A DNA stretch of 63,164 bases, the filler included, from Olpidium bornovanus S191 (Eukaryota > Fungi > Olpidiomycota): assembly GCA_017911155.1 (NCBI GenBank). It is 31 parts of 31 records of this genome, joined end to end, with 100 filler letters (N's around TTAATTAATTAA, not from the genome) between each part and the next. Parts side by side here need not be neighbours in the genome. Positions count along the whole stretch, not along the records: positions 23,258 to 26,022 come from JAEFCI010008031.1; positions 26,123 to 27,735 come from JAEFCI010009454.1; positions 27,836 to 31,622 come from JAEFCI010000495.1; positions 31,723 to 33,020 come from JAEFCI010006048.1; positions 33,121 to 34,309 come from JAEFCI010005235.1; positions 34,410 to 35,755 come from JAEFCI010001091.1; positions 35,856 to 37,365 come from JAEFCI010011409.1; 24 more parts are not named here. One strand, given 5' to 3'. The notes beneath the pieces were generated by a model. That model was not told the DNA's origin, searched no databases, and was given only the letters and a program-made list of their open reading frames with translations. Position numbers and translations under genes: made by a program. Shown here one piece after another: positions 23,258 to 36,495 of this stretch. Position 1 is the first letter of the stretch. Each line of letters begins with the position of its first letter.

Positions 23258-25209
23258 ATAGTCGCTAAAGGAACCGACCATCTGGCCGGCCTCATAGCGC
23301 GCCCGATCTACGCCCACCGGATTTAGAGGAAAATTCGGACCATACCCCGAAACGTGCGATTCAGCGTACCCATGGGCTCCTTACCTTCGTTTTTGACCTT
23401 CATAAATTGCTTGTACAGATCGTTTTCGGTAAACATCGCAAAGCTGTGCCCCTTAAGGAGAGTGTATATATAATCCTGAGCTTCGTCGAACATGGAACGT
23501 TCCACCAACAAGTCGCTCGGTAACGGCCAAGGCACGTTCTGGCATACGTCCTTCCGCAAGTTGACTTGAAGCGGTGCGCCATCAGCTACATAGGTCAGGT
23601 ATATGTAGCGCGCGTGGATTGGCAGAGTCTCCGAACTCGGGGAGCTAGCAAACATTTCGGCGTCAAGCCAGAAAAGTAGGCTCTCGAGGCTGAAGTCGCG
23701 AATGCAGAATTCCTGGAAAAATTCTAGGCCGACGCGGTTGTGGAGAACGTCGAAACATAGGTCTCGCGGCCTGGATTGTGTAAAATCCTGCCTCAGCCCG
23801 GCGCCTCTATCGTACTCTTTGCCTTTCTGCTGACGCTCAGACACCCTTTCTGACAGCTCTTTCGCAGAGGATGCCGTCGAAGCTCTGCTACGTGATCGCA
23901 GCAGCTTTTCATCGTGGTATGGGTCAAAACGCTGATAAATTGGCCTCGTCCGTTTGCTACCACAATGATCTTGACCTCTGTTCTGAATGTCGGCCACTGC
24001 CTTGAACGATGCATCTTGCGAGTGTACTAGTTCCAGAGACCGGCATCAGCGGCCATCGCTAAGAGAGCACAGGCGCAGCCAGCGAATGAGGCCGGAAATC
24101 TTTTACAAACCTTGACAAACACTGAGCACTTTGACAACATCATCCTTGTTCAGCACATCGCCAACCGTGTCCCTGAACTTTAGCGGCACCATTCCAACGT
24201 CGTACAAAAGGCAAACTTCAAGTGTGGATGTTTCACCTTCGTCGTCATCAACAACGGACGCCGGGGCTGATAGTCGTCTCTGACGCGGTTCAAAGATGTC
24301 CATCGGTCTCCCAAACGTAGATCCACTGTACCTCAGAGCGTACTCCGCCTCGATAAGCACCGCCAAAGACTCGATGTCTTTCGACTGCTCGATAGTCACA
24401 AAAAACGAACGGTCTGAGGAGATCACGACGTTGATGCGAATGAACGCGTTGACGTGAGCGGTTGTTCGTGCATTTCGCTTTGCTTGCAAGCGAGCCATCC
24501 GCGCCGCCCGATGTTGCCAAACGGCGTCGCCATCGACGCTTCCGCGCTCCCGCAGTAAATCCGGAGACGGAGATCTGCATTGCCTGCTTGCCGCGAGAAT
24601 TCCGACAAATTTATGTGGAGTATTTGATTTCGGGATCAGCGCCGGCGTCAGGCCCTTCAAGCTTCTTTCCAACGCTCGGTTATGCTTGAGGCCATTTAGT
24701 AGCCCCTCGTTTGACAGGCCGGACTGCGCCATGTACCGCATAACGAAGGCACTGGTGGAAAATTTACGCCCAATTCGGGCCGCGGAGCTATCGTAGCAAA
24801 CGAGATCAGTCCCAGAGAACGACCGCTGCCGAACGTAGCGCGGAAACCGGGTCGAGGTGGCCTCAGACTGCGGAATGGAGTTGCTCTTGCGTGGAGCGCC
24901 GAAAGCTCCGCGCACCGAGGAGCCATTTCGAAGGCTATCCGTGTGGGAATCTGCTCCGGTGCTGCCAGGCGTGGCTGGTTGGTCCGGTACGTCAGACGTC
25001 AGCTCGGCGAGCGTCAACGAGAGCAGGCTCGCCGGGACGGGGACCTCCGCCGTCGTCGCGGGCGGTTGGAGCTGGTTTTCCAGCACCGGCGGTTCTTGCG
25101 CTTGCGACGGACAAGCAAGCGGGTCACTGCTGACGCAAACGGCCAATCGGGCGCCTGTCTCCTTTTCCGGCGACGCCCCCTGGCGGGAGGATGACGCCGC
25201 CAAGGGCAT
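23258..25209 (-). CDS. RGS-domain protein with an upstream ubiquitin-like (Net1/Cdc14-binding-type) segment, 3' truncated
   Basis: ORF 24103-25344 splices (about 24109 to 24027) into ORF 23323-23997. The latter carries GLEFFQEFCIRDFSLESLLFWLDAE, ARYIYLTYVADGAPLQVNL and MFDEAQDYIYTLLKGHSFAMF (RGS). Confidence 0.85.
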
Positions 25210-25951
25210 CCCGCGAGCCGCAGACACGCGGGCACGCGCAAAAACCCGGTTGCGAGCGGCGAGTCGCGTCCGTCGCTCCCGCGCTCCCGCTCTCACGCGC
25301 AACGGCGGGTTCTCTTTTCTCCCGCGCGGCCCCCTTCCTGACACCCTCCCGGCGACGCGGGATCACGCGTTTTCAGAGCTTCCTCCAAGTCTGGGGTGTG
25401 TGTGGTTAGCGGTGGGTCGGCGGCGGAGGAAGCGGGAGGAAAGAGAGAGTGTGTGTGAGAGAGAGAGAGAGAGAGCGCCCACGCGCGCGGACGCGCGGCG
25501 GCGAGGAAAACGCGCTCACGCGCTTGGGGGTGGGCAGTCGTTGTTCCGGTCAGACGATTTCGGCCCGTTTCGAGTTTTTCTCGGGGGAAAATGCCCGTGG
25601 CGGCCAAGTGGCCCCAGTCCCCGTTGTTTTAACCCGGGGTTTTCCGACAAATTCAGAGTTTGTGGAATAACTGTCTTGACAGTGTCTCAGACACAGCGAC
25701 GGTAACTTTCCGCCAAATGTTCCGCCGGATTGGAAACGCGTGGGCTTTAACGAGGGCAAAACTTGGGGACAGTGGTTTCTCACCCGCTTCCGGCTTTCGT
25801 TTTGTGGGATTCTTTTTATTTTTTATGCATCAAGTGCTGCGGACGGTAAATGACCAGGTACTTTACACTCCAAGCCAAGAACGTCTCGGAAAAGGTGTCC
25901 CCAGATACAAGAAAGTCCCCCCCTCCCTCGGACCCCCGCTATTCCCCCCCG

Positions 25952-26022
<71 letters not shown>

Positions 26023-26487
26023 NNNNNNNNNNNNNNNNNNNNNNNNNNNNNNNNNNNNNNNNNNNNTTAATTAATTAANNNNNNNNNNNNNNNNNNNNNN
26101 NNNNNNNNNNNNNNNNNNNNNNCATGCTTCCACCCCGCCAATCATTTGTAGATTTCGGTAATACCGGGTGGCGTTCTGCGAACCAAAATGTCGCGGACTC
26201 GATCTTTTGTTGGTTTTTTTTGTTGAGGGCGCGGTCGGCACGCACGAGCGAGGACCGTGAAGATCTGCGCAAATAGTAAGGATAAAGGGGGAGGGGAGAG
26301 GGATATGTGTGTGTGTCCGAATACCCCGGAGGAATCTTCTCGCCGATGTGCCCTTGAGAAAGCACCCGCTGGGTGTGTGTGTTCGCCGTTTTGCCGTCCG
26401 TCCCGGGGTTCGAAACGTCGCCGGGCGATGACGAGATGGCAACAAAGGCGAAAAGCAGAGCGTCGAAACAATCCACGAGGTCACTCT

Positions 26488-27655
26488 TCACGATGCAGAA
26501 CGCTCCGCTATTGGGTTCTGAGATGGCCGACATCGTGGAGGAGTAACGGTGTGGAAAGGAAATTAGCCGCCCTTCCACCCCCACTCAACCCCCTCCGGTC
26601 GGAGTTTCCGGGCACAGAAAAAAAGGGGCACGATCCGCGCGGGAAAAGACGAGCGGAAGAACACACCGCGTGCACGGTCACGCTCTTGATCCGAACGTCC
26701 TGTACAGGTCTGTGCTGCTCGTCCACGGTCACCCTCTCAAGCGCGTCCAGCGTGGTGTCCGCCCCGTCGATTACCCTTCTCAGATATGGAGGGAAAAAAC
26801 CGGTTAGGCACGCGGCCAGAAAAACCAAAAAACGGCCGTCGACAGAATCGGCTCTGCGACAGAACGCGGTCGGTGATTCACCGGAAAAGCTGGAAAAAAG
26901 AAACCGGCCGTGGGTTTACCGTCCAAAGACCGTGTGCTTCGAGTCGAGGTGGTTCGCTTTCGCGTACGTGATGAAAAACTGAGACCCGTTCGTGTCCGGG
27001 CGCCGGTTGTTCGCCATTGACACGATGCCCCGAGACGAGTGCCTTAGCGCGGACCGGATCTCGTCCTCAAACTTCTTTCCTAAGCAACGGTTTTACCGGA
27101 TAACGGACTGAGAACAGCGGCTCCAATTCTGCAGGAAAAAAGGTCACGCGAGAAAACAAGAAGCCTCGCGCTTGCGCAAGGGGGTGCCGCCGTTCAAATA
27201 CTTCCCCCATATCGAGGTCCCGCCCTTCCCGGTCCCGGTACTAAACACGTCCCGCGGGGGGGTCGAGCGGGCAGTCACGTAAACAGTGAGCGAAAGATTC
27301 TTCAAACGCGTCACCTTTCCCGAATCCAATTTGCTGCCGGTTGTCGGGCAACGCTTTGCGCGCACCGAGGTGCCCGAGACGCGCCACTCACGGATCCCCC
27401 GTCTGCAAAATGAAGCCCTTCATGCTGCGGTGAAACAAACAGTTGTCGTAATATCCCGACGCGCATAGCGCGAGGAAGTTCTGTTTTCGCGCGCGGAGGT
27501 AAGAATCGGGGGCGAACACCACCGTCCCTTGTCCCCCCTCCCCGCTGCCGCGTCTTCCCCAAACAGTGTCGCCAGGGCGTGTTTCCCAACCTCCGCCGTC
27601 TTCGGCACGGTCTCGCAGAACACCTCGATTTTAAGGTCCCCGAGGTCGGTCTACA
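26488..27655 (-). CDS. PPIL3: Cyclophilin PPIL3/CYP10 (5' truncated, multi-exon)
   Basis: [65 protein letters not shown] and [13 protein letters not shown], ending NPIAERSAS*. Confidence 0.93.
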
Positions 27656-27667
27656 AAGCGGCGGGGG

Positions 27668-27700
<33 letters not shown>

Positions 27701-28224
27701 TGGCGGGGGGGGGGGGGGGGGTGGTGGGGGTGCGGNNNNNNNNNNNNNNNNNNNNNNNNNNNNNNNNNNNNNNNNNNNNTTAATTAATTAANNNNNNNNN
27801 NNNNNNNNNNNNNNNNNNNNNNNNNNNNNNNNNNNCATGACACCCGCCTTGGGGCAACGGCGTTCAGCGCACTACTAAACTGGGGTGCCCGGTCTGTGGC
27901 CAATGTAGATGTAACTAATCTCCGTTTTCGGGCCTGTGCCTTTTTGGGGCTAACGTGACACACACAAGCTCACTCCGTACCTTTTTGTTTTTTTTTTTTT
28001 TTTTTCCTCAGCGGGGGAAGTTTGTTGATGTTGGTTGTTGTTTGCCTGCCGCGTGCCTTTTTTTTATTTGTTCCCCCGTAAGTCTCCTCCTCCTCCTCCG
28101 GTCGTCACCCCTCTCCGTAGATGCCTCTCTCTTATCGCATTTTCATTCATTTCCCGCGCAATTGATAATCCCCCCCACACACACCCTGTCCCGCAGCAAC
28201 GCAGACAGGAAAAAGAAACATTTG

Positions 28225-28262
<38 letters not shown>

Positions 28263-28624
28263 CCCCCGTTTTTTCTTCGGGGGGCACCCCAAAAAGGGGG
28301 GCCCCCCCCCCCCCCCCCCCGCCCCGCCCCGCCCCGCCGCGGCACGAAGCACGCCCTGCGCCTGCCACTCCGACGTTGGTTCGCCGTGTTGCGCGCCGGC
28401 CCTCCTGCCCTTCGCGAGCGGCCCCGTGGTCGCGGGGCCGTCCCTGCTGCCGCTCGCGGCCTCGTAAATCGCGCTCGAGACGTGCCGGCGTGCTGCGAGA
28501 TGACGTCTCGACTCTGACGCGTCCGCGTCCCCGCTTCTCCCCGGCGTCTCTGGTTTTAGGCTCCAGCAGGACCGGCCGAGCAGCCTGCGCAACCCGCCAC
28601 GTGGAGCCTGCGTCGTTTGTCGAC

Positions 28625-31102
28625 ATGGCGAAGGACAAGCCGCAGCCGAGGACGCTCTATGACAAGGTTTTCCACAGCCACGTCGTCCACATGCTGGATG
28701 ACGTGACTTGCCTGCTCTACGTCGACCGCCACCTCGTCCACGAGGTGACGTCGCCGCAGGCCTTCGAAGGCCTTCGCGCTGCGGGCAGGCGCGTCCGGCG
28801 TCCGGACTGCACCCTGGCGACCGTCGACCACAACACGCCGACGACGTCGCGGGCAACGTATCGCTCGGTCTCGACGTTCGTCCAAGAGCCCGAGTCCCGG
28901 GCGCAGTGTATGGCTCTGGAGGAGAACGTGCGCGACTTTGGGCTGACGTATTTTGGCCTCGGCGACAAGCGCCAGGGCATCGTGCACGTCATTGGCCCGG
29001 AGCAGGGCTTCACCCTGCCGGGAACAACCGTGGTTTGCGGTGACAGCCACACGGCCACGCACGGCGCGTTCGGAGCTTTGGCCTTCGGGATCGGCACGTC
29101 CGAGGTCGAGCACGTCCTTGCCACTCAGACCCTCTTGCAGCAGAAGGCGAAGAACATGCTGGTCTCTGTCGACGGAGAGCTGGCGGAGTGCGTCACCTCT
29201 AAAGACGTCATCCTCCACATCATTGGCAAGATCGGCACTGCCGGCGGCACGGGACACGTGATCGAATTCGCCGGCGATGTCATATCGGCCCTCTCGATGG
29301 AGGCGAGGATGTCCATCTGCAACATGGCCATCGAAGCGGGCGCCCGCGCCGGCATGATCGCGCCCGATGAGACCACCTTTGAGTATCTTCGAGGACGACC
29401 GTTGGCACCGGCGGGCGATATGTGGGATAGAGCCGTCGAATACTGGAGGTCGCTGAAGACTGACGCGGGAGCGTGGTTCGACACGGTGGTAAGTCGCCCC
29501 GCGCCCAGAACCCCGGCTTCTTTCTGGCCTTTCGCGCTGGTCACGTATAGTTGGTTTTGCTTGGGTATCGCATCCAGTGTCCTACCGGTGGTTGGGCAGT
29601 TGGAGGACTTACCAATGGTTTTTGATTGGCTTCCCAAGGTTACCATTGACGCACGGGATATCGCCCCGACAGTCACGTGGGGCACCAGTCCCCAGGACGT
29701 GGTTCCGATCACTGGCAAGACTCCGGACCCGAGCGCGTGCGCGGATCTTATTCGGAGAGCTGCCATCGAGCGTTCGCTGGCGTACATGGGACTCGAACCT
29801 AACCAGCCGATGGAGAGCGTGAACGTCGACAAAGTTTTTATAGGTTCGTGCACGAACTCGCGCATCGAGGACCTGCGCGCCGCGGCGGCCGTCGTGGCGG
29901 CTTCCGGCCGGACGGTCGCAAAAAGCGTGTCCGCGATGGTCGTGCCCGGATCAGGCATCGTGAAGATCCAGGCCGAAAGCGAGGGGTTGGACAAGATTTT
30001 TAAAGAGGCCGGCTTCGACTGGAGGGAAGCGGGCTGCTCCATGTGCCTGGGCATGAATCCGGACCAGCTCAAGCCGGGCGAGCGCTGCGCGTCCACGTCC
30101 AACAGGAACTTTGAGGGGCGCCAGGGTTTTCTGGGGAGGACCCACCTCGTGAGTCCCTCCATGGCGGCCGCGGCTGCCATCGTGGGCCGCCTGACGGACG
30201 TGCGCGACCTCGTCGGCAATGCGGCGGCCGAGGCCAGGCGGCGGATTGAGGTCACGGTGACGGACTCCAAGGCATACCTGAAAGACTGCGTGGTTAGTCC
30301 TCCGTCGATGCCGGCACCCCCCGTGTCGGCGACTGGCAAGCCCGCACAAGCCGGGGCCCCGATCGCCGACAAGGAGACCGGCGCCGCCAGCGGCGCAGGG
30401 ATCAAGCCGTTCACCGTCCTGACGGGCGTCCCGGCGTCCTTGCCGATGAACAACGTGGACACGGACATGATCATCCCGAAACAGTTCCTCAAGACCGTCA
30501 AGCGCACGGGCCTGGGCAAATCCCTGTTCTACGAGATGCGGTACGACCCTGCCACGGGAACCCCGAACCCGAAATTCGTGCTGAACAAACCGCCGTACGA
30601 CCGCGCGTCGGTGCTGGTCTGCGGCGAAAACTTCGGCTGCGGGTCCTCCCGCGAGCACGCCGCCTGGGCCCTGAGGGACTTCGGGATCTACGCGGTGGTC
30701 GCCCCGAACTTCGCCGACATCTTCTACAACAACTGCTTCAAGAACGGCGTGCTCCCCGTCGCCCTGCCCGTCCCGGTCGTCCTGGAGCTGGCGGAGTTCG
30801 CCGGCGCCAACCCCGGCGAGGAGGTCACCGTCGACCTCCCGGGGCAGGAGGTCCGCTTCGGCGGGAGGGCGGCGAGGTTCGACGTCGACCCGTTCCGGAA
30901 GCGCTGCCTGGTCAACGGGCTGGACGACATCGGCGTCACGATGGGGCAGGAGCGGCAGATCGCCGAGTTCGAGGCCCGGCGCTCCGAGGCCTTTCCCTGG
31001 CTGGACGGAGCCGAATACGCCGGAGCGGGCGGCGGCCACGTCATCGTGCCCGTGAACGTCGGCGGTAACCAGGCGGGCGGAAAGGCCAAACTGGAGTGGT
31101 GA
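28625..31102 (+). CDS. LEU1: 3-isopropylmalate dehydratase (fused large and small subunits), complete
   Basis: [65 protein letters not shown] and NGLDDIG. One GTAAGT...AAG intron at 29489-29638. Confidence 0.98.
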   Translation: MAKDKPQPRTLYDKVFHSHVVHMLDDVTCLLYVDRHLVHEVTSPQAFEGLRAAGRRVRRPDCTLATVDHNTPTTSRATYRSVSTFVQEPESRAQCMALEENVRDFGLTYFGLGDKRQGIVHVIGPEQGFTLPGTTVVCGDSHTATHGAFGALAFGIGTSEVEHVLATQTLLQQKAKNMLVSVDGELAECVTSKDVILHIIGKIGTAGGTGHVIEFAGDVISALSMEARMSICNMAIEAGARAGMIAPDETTFEYLRGRPLAPAGDMWDRAVEYWRSLKTDAGAWFDTVVSRPAPRTPASFWPFALVTYSWFCLGIASSVLPVVGQLEDLPMVFDWLPKVTIDARDIAPTVTWGTSPQDVVPITGKTPDPSACADLIRRAAIERSLAYMGLEPNQPMESVNVDKVFIGSCTNSRIEDLRAAAAVVAASGRTVAKSVSAMVVPGSGIVKIQAESEGLDKIFKEAGFDWREAGCSMCLGMNPDQLKPGERCASTSNRNFEGRQGFLGRTHLVSPSMAAAAAIVGRLTDVRDLVGNAAAEARRRIEVTVTDSKAYLKDCVVSPPSMPAPPVSATGKPAQAGAPIADKETGAASGAGIKPFTVLTGVPASLPMNNVDTDMIIPKQFLKTVKRTGLGKSLFYEMRYDPATGTPNPKFVLNKPPYDRASVLVCGENFGCGSSREHAAWALRDFGIYAVVAPNFADIFYNNCFKNGVLPVALPVPVVLELAEFAGANPGEEVTVDLPGQEVRFGGRAARFDVDPFRKRCLVNGLDDIGVTMGQERQIAEFEARRSEAFPWLDGAEYAGAGGGHVIVPVNVGGNQAGGKAKLEW

Positions 31103-31722
31103 GACCCGGCCAACGGCCCGCGATTCACGACGGGAAAGCAGCCGGCATCCGGTTCATTGCATCCGGACCTTTGTATTTTCCTCACGTCAAAAACACGGTG
31201 GGGAAAAGGGGGGGGGGGGGCCTGGGGGGGGGCGGTTTGGCTACGTTATCCCCCCCCCCTTCCCCACTGCACCAACCTTTCTCGAATGGACACTGGTTGT
31301 CTGCCGCTCAGTACGACTTTCCCGTATTGCCGTTCGCATTTGCTTCTCGTGGGGTAGGGGGGGGCCGGGTTGGGAGAGGGGACGGGGGCGAACGGGCGGT
31401 CCTGCGTTGTTGTGCGGAAGAAGCGGACCCGTCGTCACCGCGCGCTCCATTGTGGGCACTAGGAATCCTCAACATAAGAGCTCTCGCAGATGTTTGGCTT
31501 TTGCTGATACCCACGGGCAGTTTTTTTTCCGAGGGGCAGCAAGGACAGGGGTTGGACCTCCCCTGTCCCTCTCCTTGTTGTCCCTGTTGCCCGGTTGGTT
31601 CTTGATCGATACGCAGGCCATGNNNNNNNNNNNNNNNNNNNNNNNNNNNNNNNNNNNNNNNNNNNNTTAATTAATTAANNNNNNNNNNNNNNNNNNNNNN
31701 NNNNNNNNNNNNNNNNNNNNNN

Positions 31723-31777
<55 letters not shown>

Positions 31778-32102
31778 AGAAAAAAAAGAAGGAAACTAAG
31801 GCGAAAATCTGACCTGCTCGCATTCCGCCTGTCATTTCGAACGAGACGCCGGCCGTCGCCTCTTCAACTGCCCGCGCAAAAAAAAAAAAATAAAATAAAA
31901 TAGAATAAAGTTAAATCTGCGGCCCTAGTTGGAGCGGGTCAGAGGCGGCGGTGAGGAGGAGAGGCGGGGGGGAGGGGCAGGCGGCTGCTCAGAGCCGGAC
32001 GGGCCCCGCCTTTCTCGGGCGGCCCTCGAACAGTCCCATGGCAGCCGCACGTCGTCGGCTTTCTCTGAACAACCCGAGGAGAATCACGCTCCGCTCCAAA
32101 CT

Positions 32103-32769
32103 ATGCTTAAGAGTCTCAGTCCAGGCCGGATCGACGCGGCTTCGGCCGGCAGCGTTCAGGTTCAAACAGGCGCCGCCTCCTCCCTCGAGGACATGTACGT
32201 TTCGAACCCTTTAACCATCGACGCCAGCACCATTTTCCTCTGCCTCACACCTCCCGTCTGGGGATGGGGAGGGGGATAGAACGCAAACGACACCACCTAA
32301 CCGCAACACTAACAACAATAATCGGAACAAAAAACCCTCACACAGCGGCGAAATGCGCTTTCGGCTGGAAGTCGCCCAAAGCGGAGCCCTCAGGCAGATC
32401 CTCTACCAGGCCGCGAGTTCAAAATTTTTCGGCTTCGCCATCCTTCTCGTCATATTCCTCAACACCATCGTCCTGGCGCTGCAGAGCATGCACTCCGCCA
32501 CTGTCGGATTCGGTTTGTTTTTTTTATTTGTGGCGGAAAAAAAAAGAAGCAAGTAAAGAAAAAAGAAACGAGCAATAAGAAAACAAAGAAAGGAAGGAAG
32601 AATGAAAACCCTCACGCGGAAGTCTCGCACAACCCCCCTCCCTCCCTCCGCCAAGGCTGGTTCTTCGCGGTGTTCGACCACATTTTCCTCGGCATATACA
32701 TCATGGAAGCCGCGATGAAGCTGTACACGTGGCGGTTCAGGTTTTTCAGAGACCACTGGAACAACTTCG
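32103..32769 (+). CDS. CatSper1-like voltage-gated cation channel subunit, N-terminal exons (S1-S3)
   Basis: Exons ending 32194, 32346-32512 and 32656-32769 give FGFAILLVIFLNTIVLALQS...GWFFAVFDHIFLGIYIMEAAMKLYTWRFRFFRDHWNNF. This closely parallels the CatSper1 S1-S3 pattern as I recall it. The start codon is uncertain. Confidence 0.75.
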
Positions 32770-34139
32770 GTTCGTCCCGTCCGGAAGGGGGAAAAACAAA
32801 AAACGGGGGTGGGGGCGAGGGAGGGGACGGGGGGAAGGGGGCAGGCGCGGCGGAACGAGATTTTTTTTCCCCCCTTTCGTTTTTTGTTCTTTGTCGTTCG
32901 TTTTTTTTTTGGTTTGTTTTTCAGACGGTGGCGTGTGCGCGCGCGGATGGAGGGAGGGTGAGAGAAAAGGCGGAAGTCTCACACGCGGCGCGGACAACTC
33001 TCTTTCCCCCCGCCTCCCCCNNNNNNNNNNNNNNNNNNNNNNNNNNNNNNNNNNNNNNNNNNNNTTAATTAATTAANNNNNNNNNNNNNNNNNNNNNNNN
33101 NNNNNNNNNNNNNNNNNNNNAGCTCCTCCAAAAGAGTCGACTTGTATGCTTCCATATACGTCAAGAACCCTCACACTAGGTTCGAGCCGGCAGAGCAATT
33201 CGCACGTGCCGTCAAACCATCAGGCTCGCGGCAAACATGCGAGGTAATGAGTTATCTGAACGGGGTTTTTTTTTTCCTTCCCCCCCCCCCCCCCCCCCTT
33301 TTGTTAAATTGCTTTTGTTACTTTTTTTTCTTGATCCCGTTTTGTTTTTTTCTGTTATTTCGTTTGTTTTTTTTTGTCAGTGGCCCGGAATTTCCACAGG
33401 CCACCTTTCTTCACCCACACCGCCAAAAACAAAACAAAACAAAAAAAACGCCAACAAAAAAGGGCGCAAAAATTTAAAAATCAGCTAAGCGTACACCACC
33501 CAACCCAGCTACGGCTTCCAGAACTCCATATGAACAGAGCGTGATACGCGCAAGGAGATTCTTTTTCAGGCATGGGGGTGCGCGGTGGGGGGGGGGGGAA
33601 GGGGGAAGAGAAAGGTGCTTTTCAAAACAAATGTGTTAGTCCTTTGGCGTGTCCTAGCTTAGTTTGCCGCCTCTGTTATTCCTTTGGGATCCATGTCTCA
33701 GCCACGCCTCACCGACAGCCAAAAAGGCTTGAGATTTTGCAGGCACAAGGCCAAGAATCTGACGATTGAACCACACGGCTTGGGGCTAGCGAGGATCTCG
33801 GCATTTAAGGTCACTCAGAGCGGCGTTTTCGTTAATCCTCACGAAGCGCCCAGATCTGGAGTCTTCGGGAGAGGGGCTGATGTTGCCGCAAACGGACGCC
33901 CACGCGTTGCCAGAGAACCGCGGGGGGCTCCTTATTTTTCTCCTTCCTTTTCGCTCTTCTTCTTCTCTTCCCCGCTCCTTCTTGTCGAGAGAATGCAGCG
34001 GGGGGCTGAAACTTCTAAAAAGAAACACCCTTTTGAAAAGGTTATGAGCCCCCCCAAAGGACCTGACGCAGCCTCAAAGGACCGGGCCGCCGTCGTGGCC
34101 GCCGTCACCGGCCGGAACCCCCCGTCGTCGTAGCACACC

Positions 34140-34174
<35 letters not shown>

Positions 34175-34953
34175 CCGGCCGCCCCCCCCCCCCCCCCCCC
34201 CCCGCCCCCCCCCCCCCCCGCCGCCGCCGCTCCCCGGCCGCTTTCCGCCGCCACTGCGCATCCGCCGCAGCCGCTCTTCACCAGCCGCTAATCCGCCGCC
34301 GCCGCCGCCNNNNNNNNNNNNNNNNNNNNNNNNNNNNNNNNNNNNNNNNNNNNTTAATTAATTAANNNNNNNNNNNNNNNNNNNNNNNNNNNNNNNNNNN
34401 NNNNNNNNNCCCCCCCCCCCCCCCCCCCTCTCCACGTCGCCCCGAACAAAAAAAAAAAATAAGTAAAAAAGAACCTCACGCGGACGCGCGTCGAAATTTC
34501 GAAGCGGCGGGGGCGGGGGAAGTAATTTTTGTCAAAATAAGTGCTGATTAAGAAGCCCCGCGCGGCGTTTATCTCCCCGCGAAATTCAGGGCGAGAGGAG
34601 AGTAAGGGGGTTGAGGAGGGCAGCGCTTCCTGCACTCCGCATCACGCTGCTTGGTAAACAGACACCTCGGCTTGTGAAACTGGACGGATTGGAGTCACCA
34701 CGACCGTGCCGCCGCTTCGAACATTTTGAACCGTCGGTCCCCCCCCCCTCTGCTTTTTGCTGCCACGCAGCGTTCGCACGGCATTTTCCGTGTCAATTTT
34801 TTTTTTGGGGGGAGGGGGGAGGGGGTTGGTCTCTGATCACGCCCGTCAAATCGGGAGGACCTGCCTCGGGCTTTGGGCTCCGGAGCACAATTGTCCTGCG
34901 TTTGACAGTTGAGGGCCCGGCGTGTGCTCCCCCGGGTGTTCCTGTGGCACCGG

Positions 34954-35690
34954 TCACGGGAGCGTCCCGGTCTCTTCCGTTTGGTTTACCTCACGCGGGT
35001 CGGGAGGAGGCGCGGGCGCGGCGGAGGCGGCGGCGGCGGCGGCGGCGAGATCGTCGCGGTCCGCGTGCAGGAGGGCGAGCACGTTGCGCTCCGCCTCGGC
35101 CTCCTCCGCCCTCGCGCACGCGATCCGCGCCGCGGATTCCCACGCCTCGGCGGCCCGGCGGAACCTCCGGGCCTCCTCGTCGAGCTCCGCCGCCCGCCTG
35201 TCTTTCGCCCTGACCTCCGCCGCGAGCTCCCGGATCCTGGCGGCCGCGCCGCGGCTCACCTCCGCGATGGCCCGCTCCGCCTCGGCCGTCACCTCCGCGA
35301 ACGCCGCACTCACCCTCTCCTCCGTCGCGCGCCACTTCTCCTCGGCCCGGGCGGCGGAGAGCCCGGCCTCGCGGAACTCCCACTTGAGCTTCTCAATCTC
35401 GGCGGGGTGTTCGGCGAACTCCCGCCGCACGCGGCTCCCCAGCAGCTCCTCGTCGCTCCGCGCGAGCCGCTCGGTCGCCGCCTCGGCGTCCTTCAGAAAA
35501 GCCGCGACCGCGGCGGCGAAATCCGCCGGCGGCTGCGGCGCCTTCTCGCCCAACGTCTTGTCAAACGCGTCTCGGCAGAGCTCCCGGCACTTCTCGAGCG
35601 CCGCCGCACGGTTTTTGCGGTCGTACATGCGCAGTTTTCCCTGTTGCATCTGCTCGAGGAGGTGCTGCAGCTCGAGACAATTTGCCGTGC
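34954..35690 (-). CDS. Helical/coiled-coil C-terminal exon, possibly GBP/atlastin-like
   Basis: Open Ala/Glu/Arg-rich helical frame. RKNRAAALEKCRELC resembles the guanylate-binding protein helical domain; no GTPase domain is visible. Confidence 0.35.
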
Positions 35691-36495
35691 CAAAGTCAGA
35701 GGTTGCAAACTGACAAACGGTGAAGAGCGCGGAAAAATGACCACAAGAGCGGAGANNNNNNNNNNNNNNNNNNNNNNNNNNNNNNNNNNNNNNNNNNNNT
35801 TAATTAATTAANNNNNNNNNNNNNNNNNNNNNNNNNNNNNNNNNNNNNNNNNNNNGCGCGAAGGAAGGCGGCCCCGGAAAGACGGCGCTGTTTTCCCGCT
35901 CTGGGAAACGCGGGGAAAGGGCCCGCGCGTGGGGAGTGCGAACGGCGGCCTTCTGCCAATCGGCCTACTTGGCTTTTCTTATTGCCGTCGGATTTCGTAA
36001 AGGACACGTCGACAACGTGAGGCAGCGGGTTGCTTGTTCCCCCCTTTCCTAAACGAAAGAGGTCAGCATTTTCCGGGATCATGAGCGGTCGCCCGATGTT
36101 AGATATACAGCAGAGATTACTTGTAGTTAAAGTGTACTTTAGAGGACGAGGGCAGCTAATTTTCTAGAAAAATGAGCTTCCTCGGATCTACGGTGCATCG
36201 CTCTGCTTTTGCTAACTAGCAAAAAAGATACCACTCGTACGGTCATTCGTTCATGATCTACTTGTAATTGCAGCAGTTGGGGCACTGGCAGCGGATGATT
36301 ATGCCCGTGACTTTGGAGTATTTGGAAGAAAATGTCTCGACCCCGGGATATGAAGACAACTCCTCCTCGCCACGGCCCTTGGCTTTGCGGTGAGAGCTCT
36401 TTTTACAATGTTTCTGTTTCTTGGACTTCCTGGTAAGCCCACCAAGGCGAAATAGAAATAACCCCCCCCCCCGGCGTTAGTTTTGGTTTTAACAG

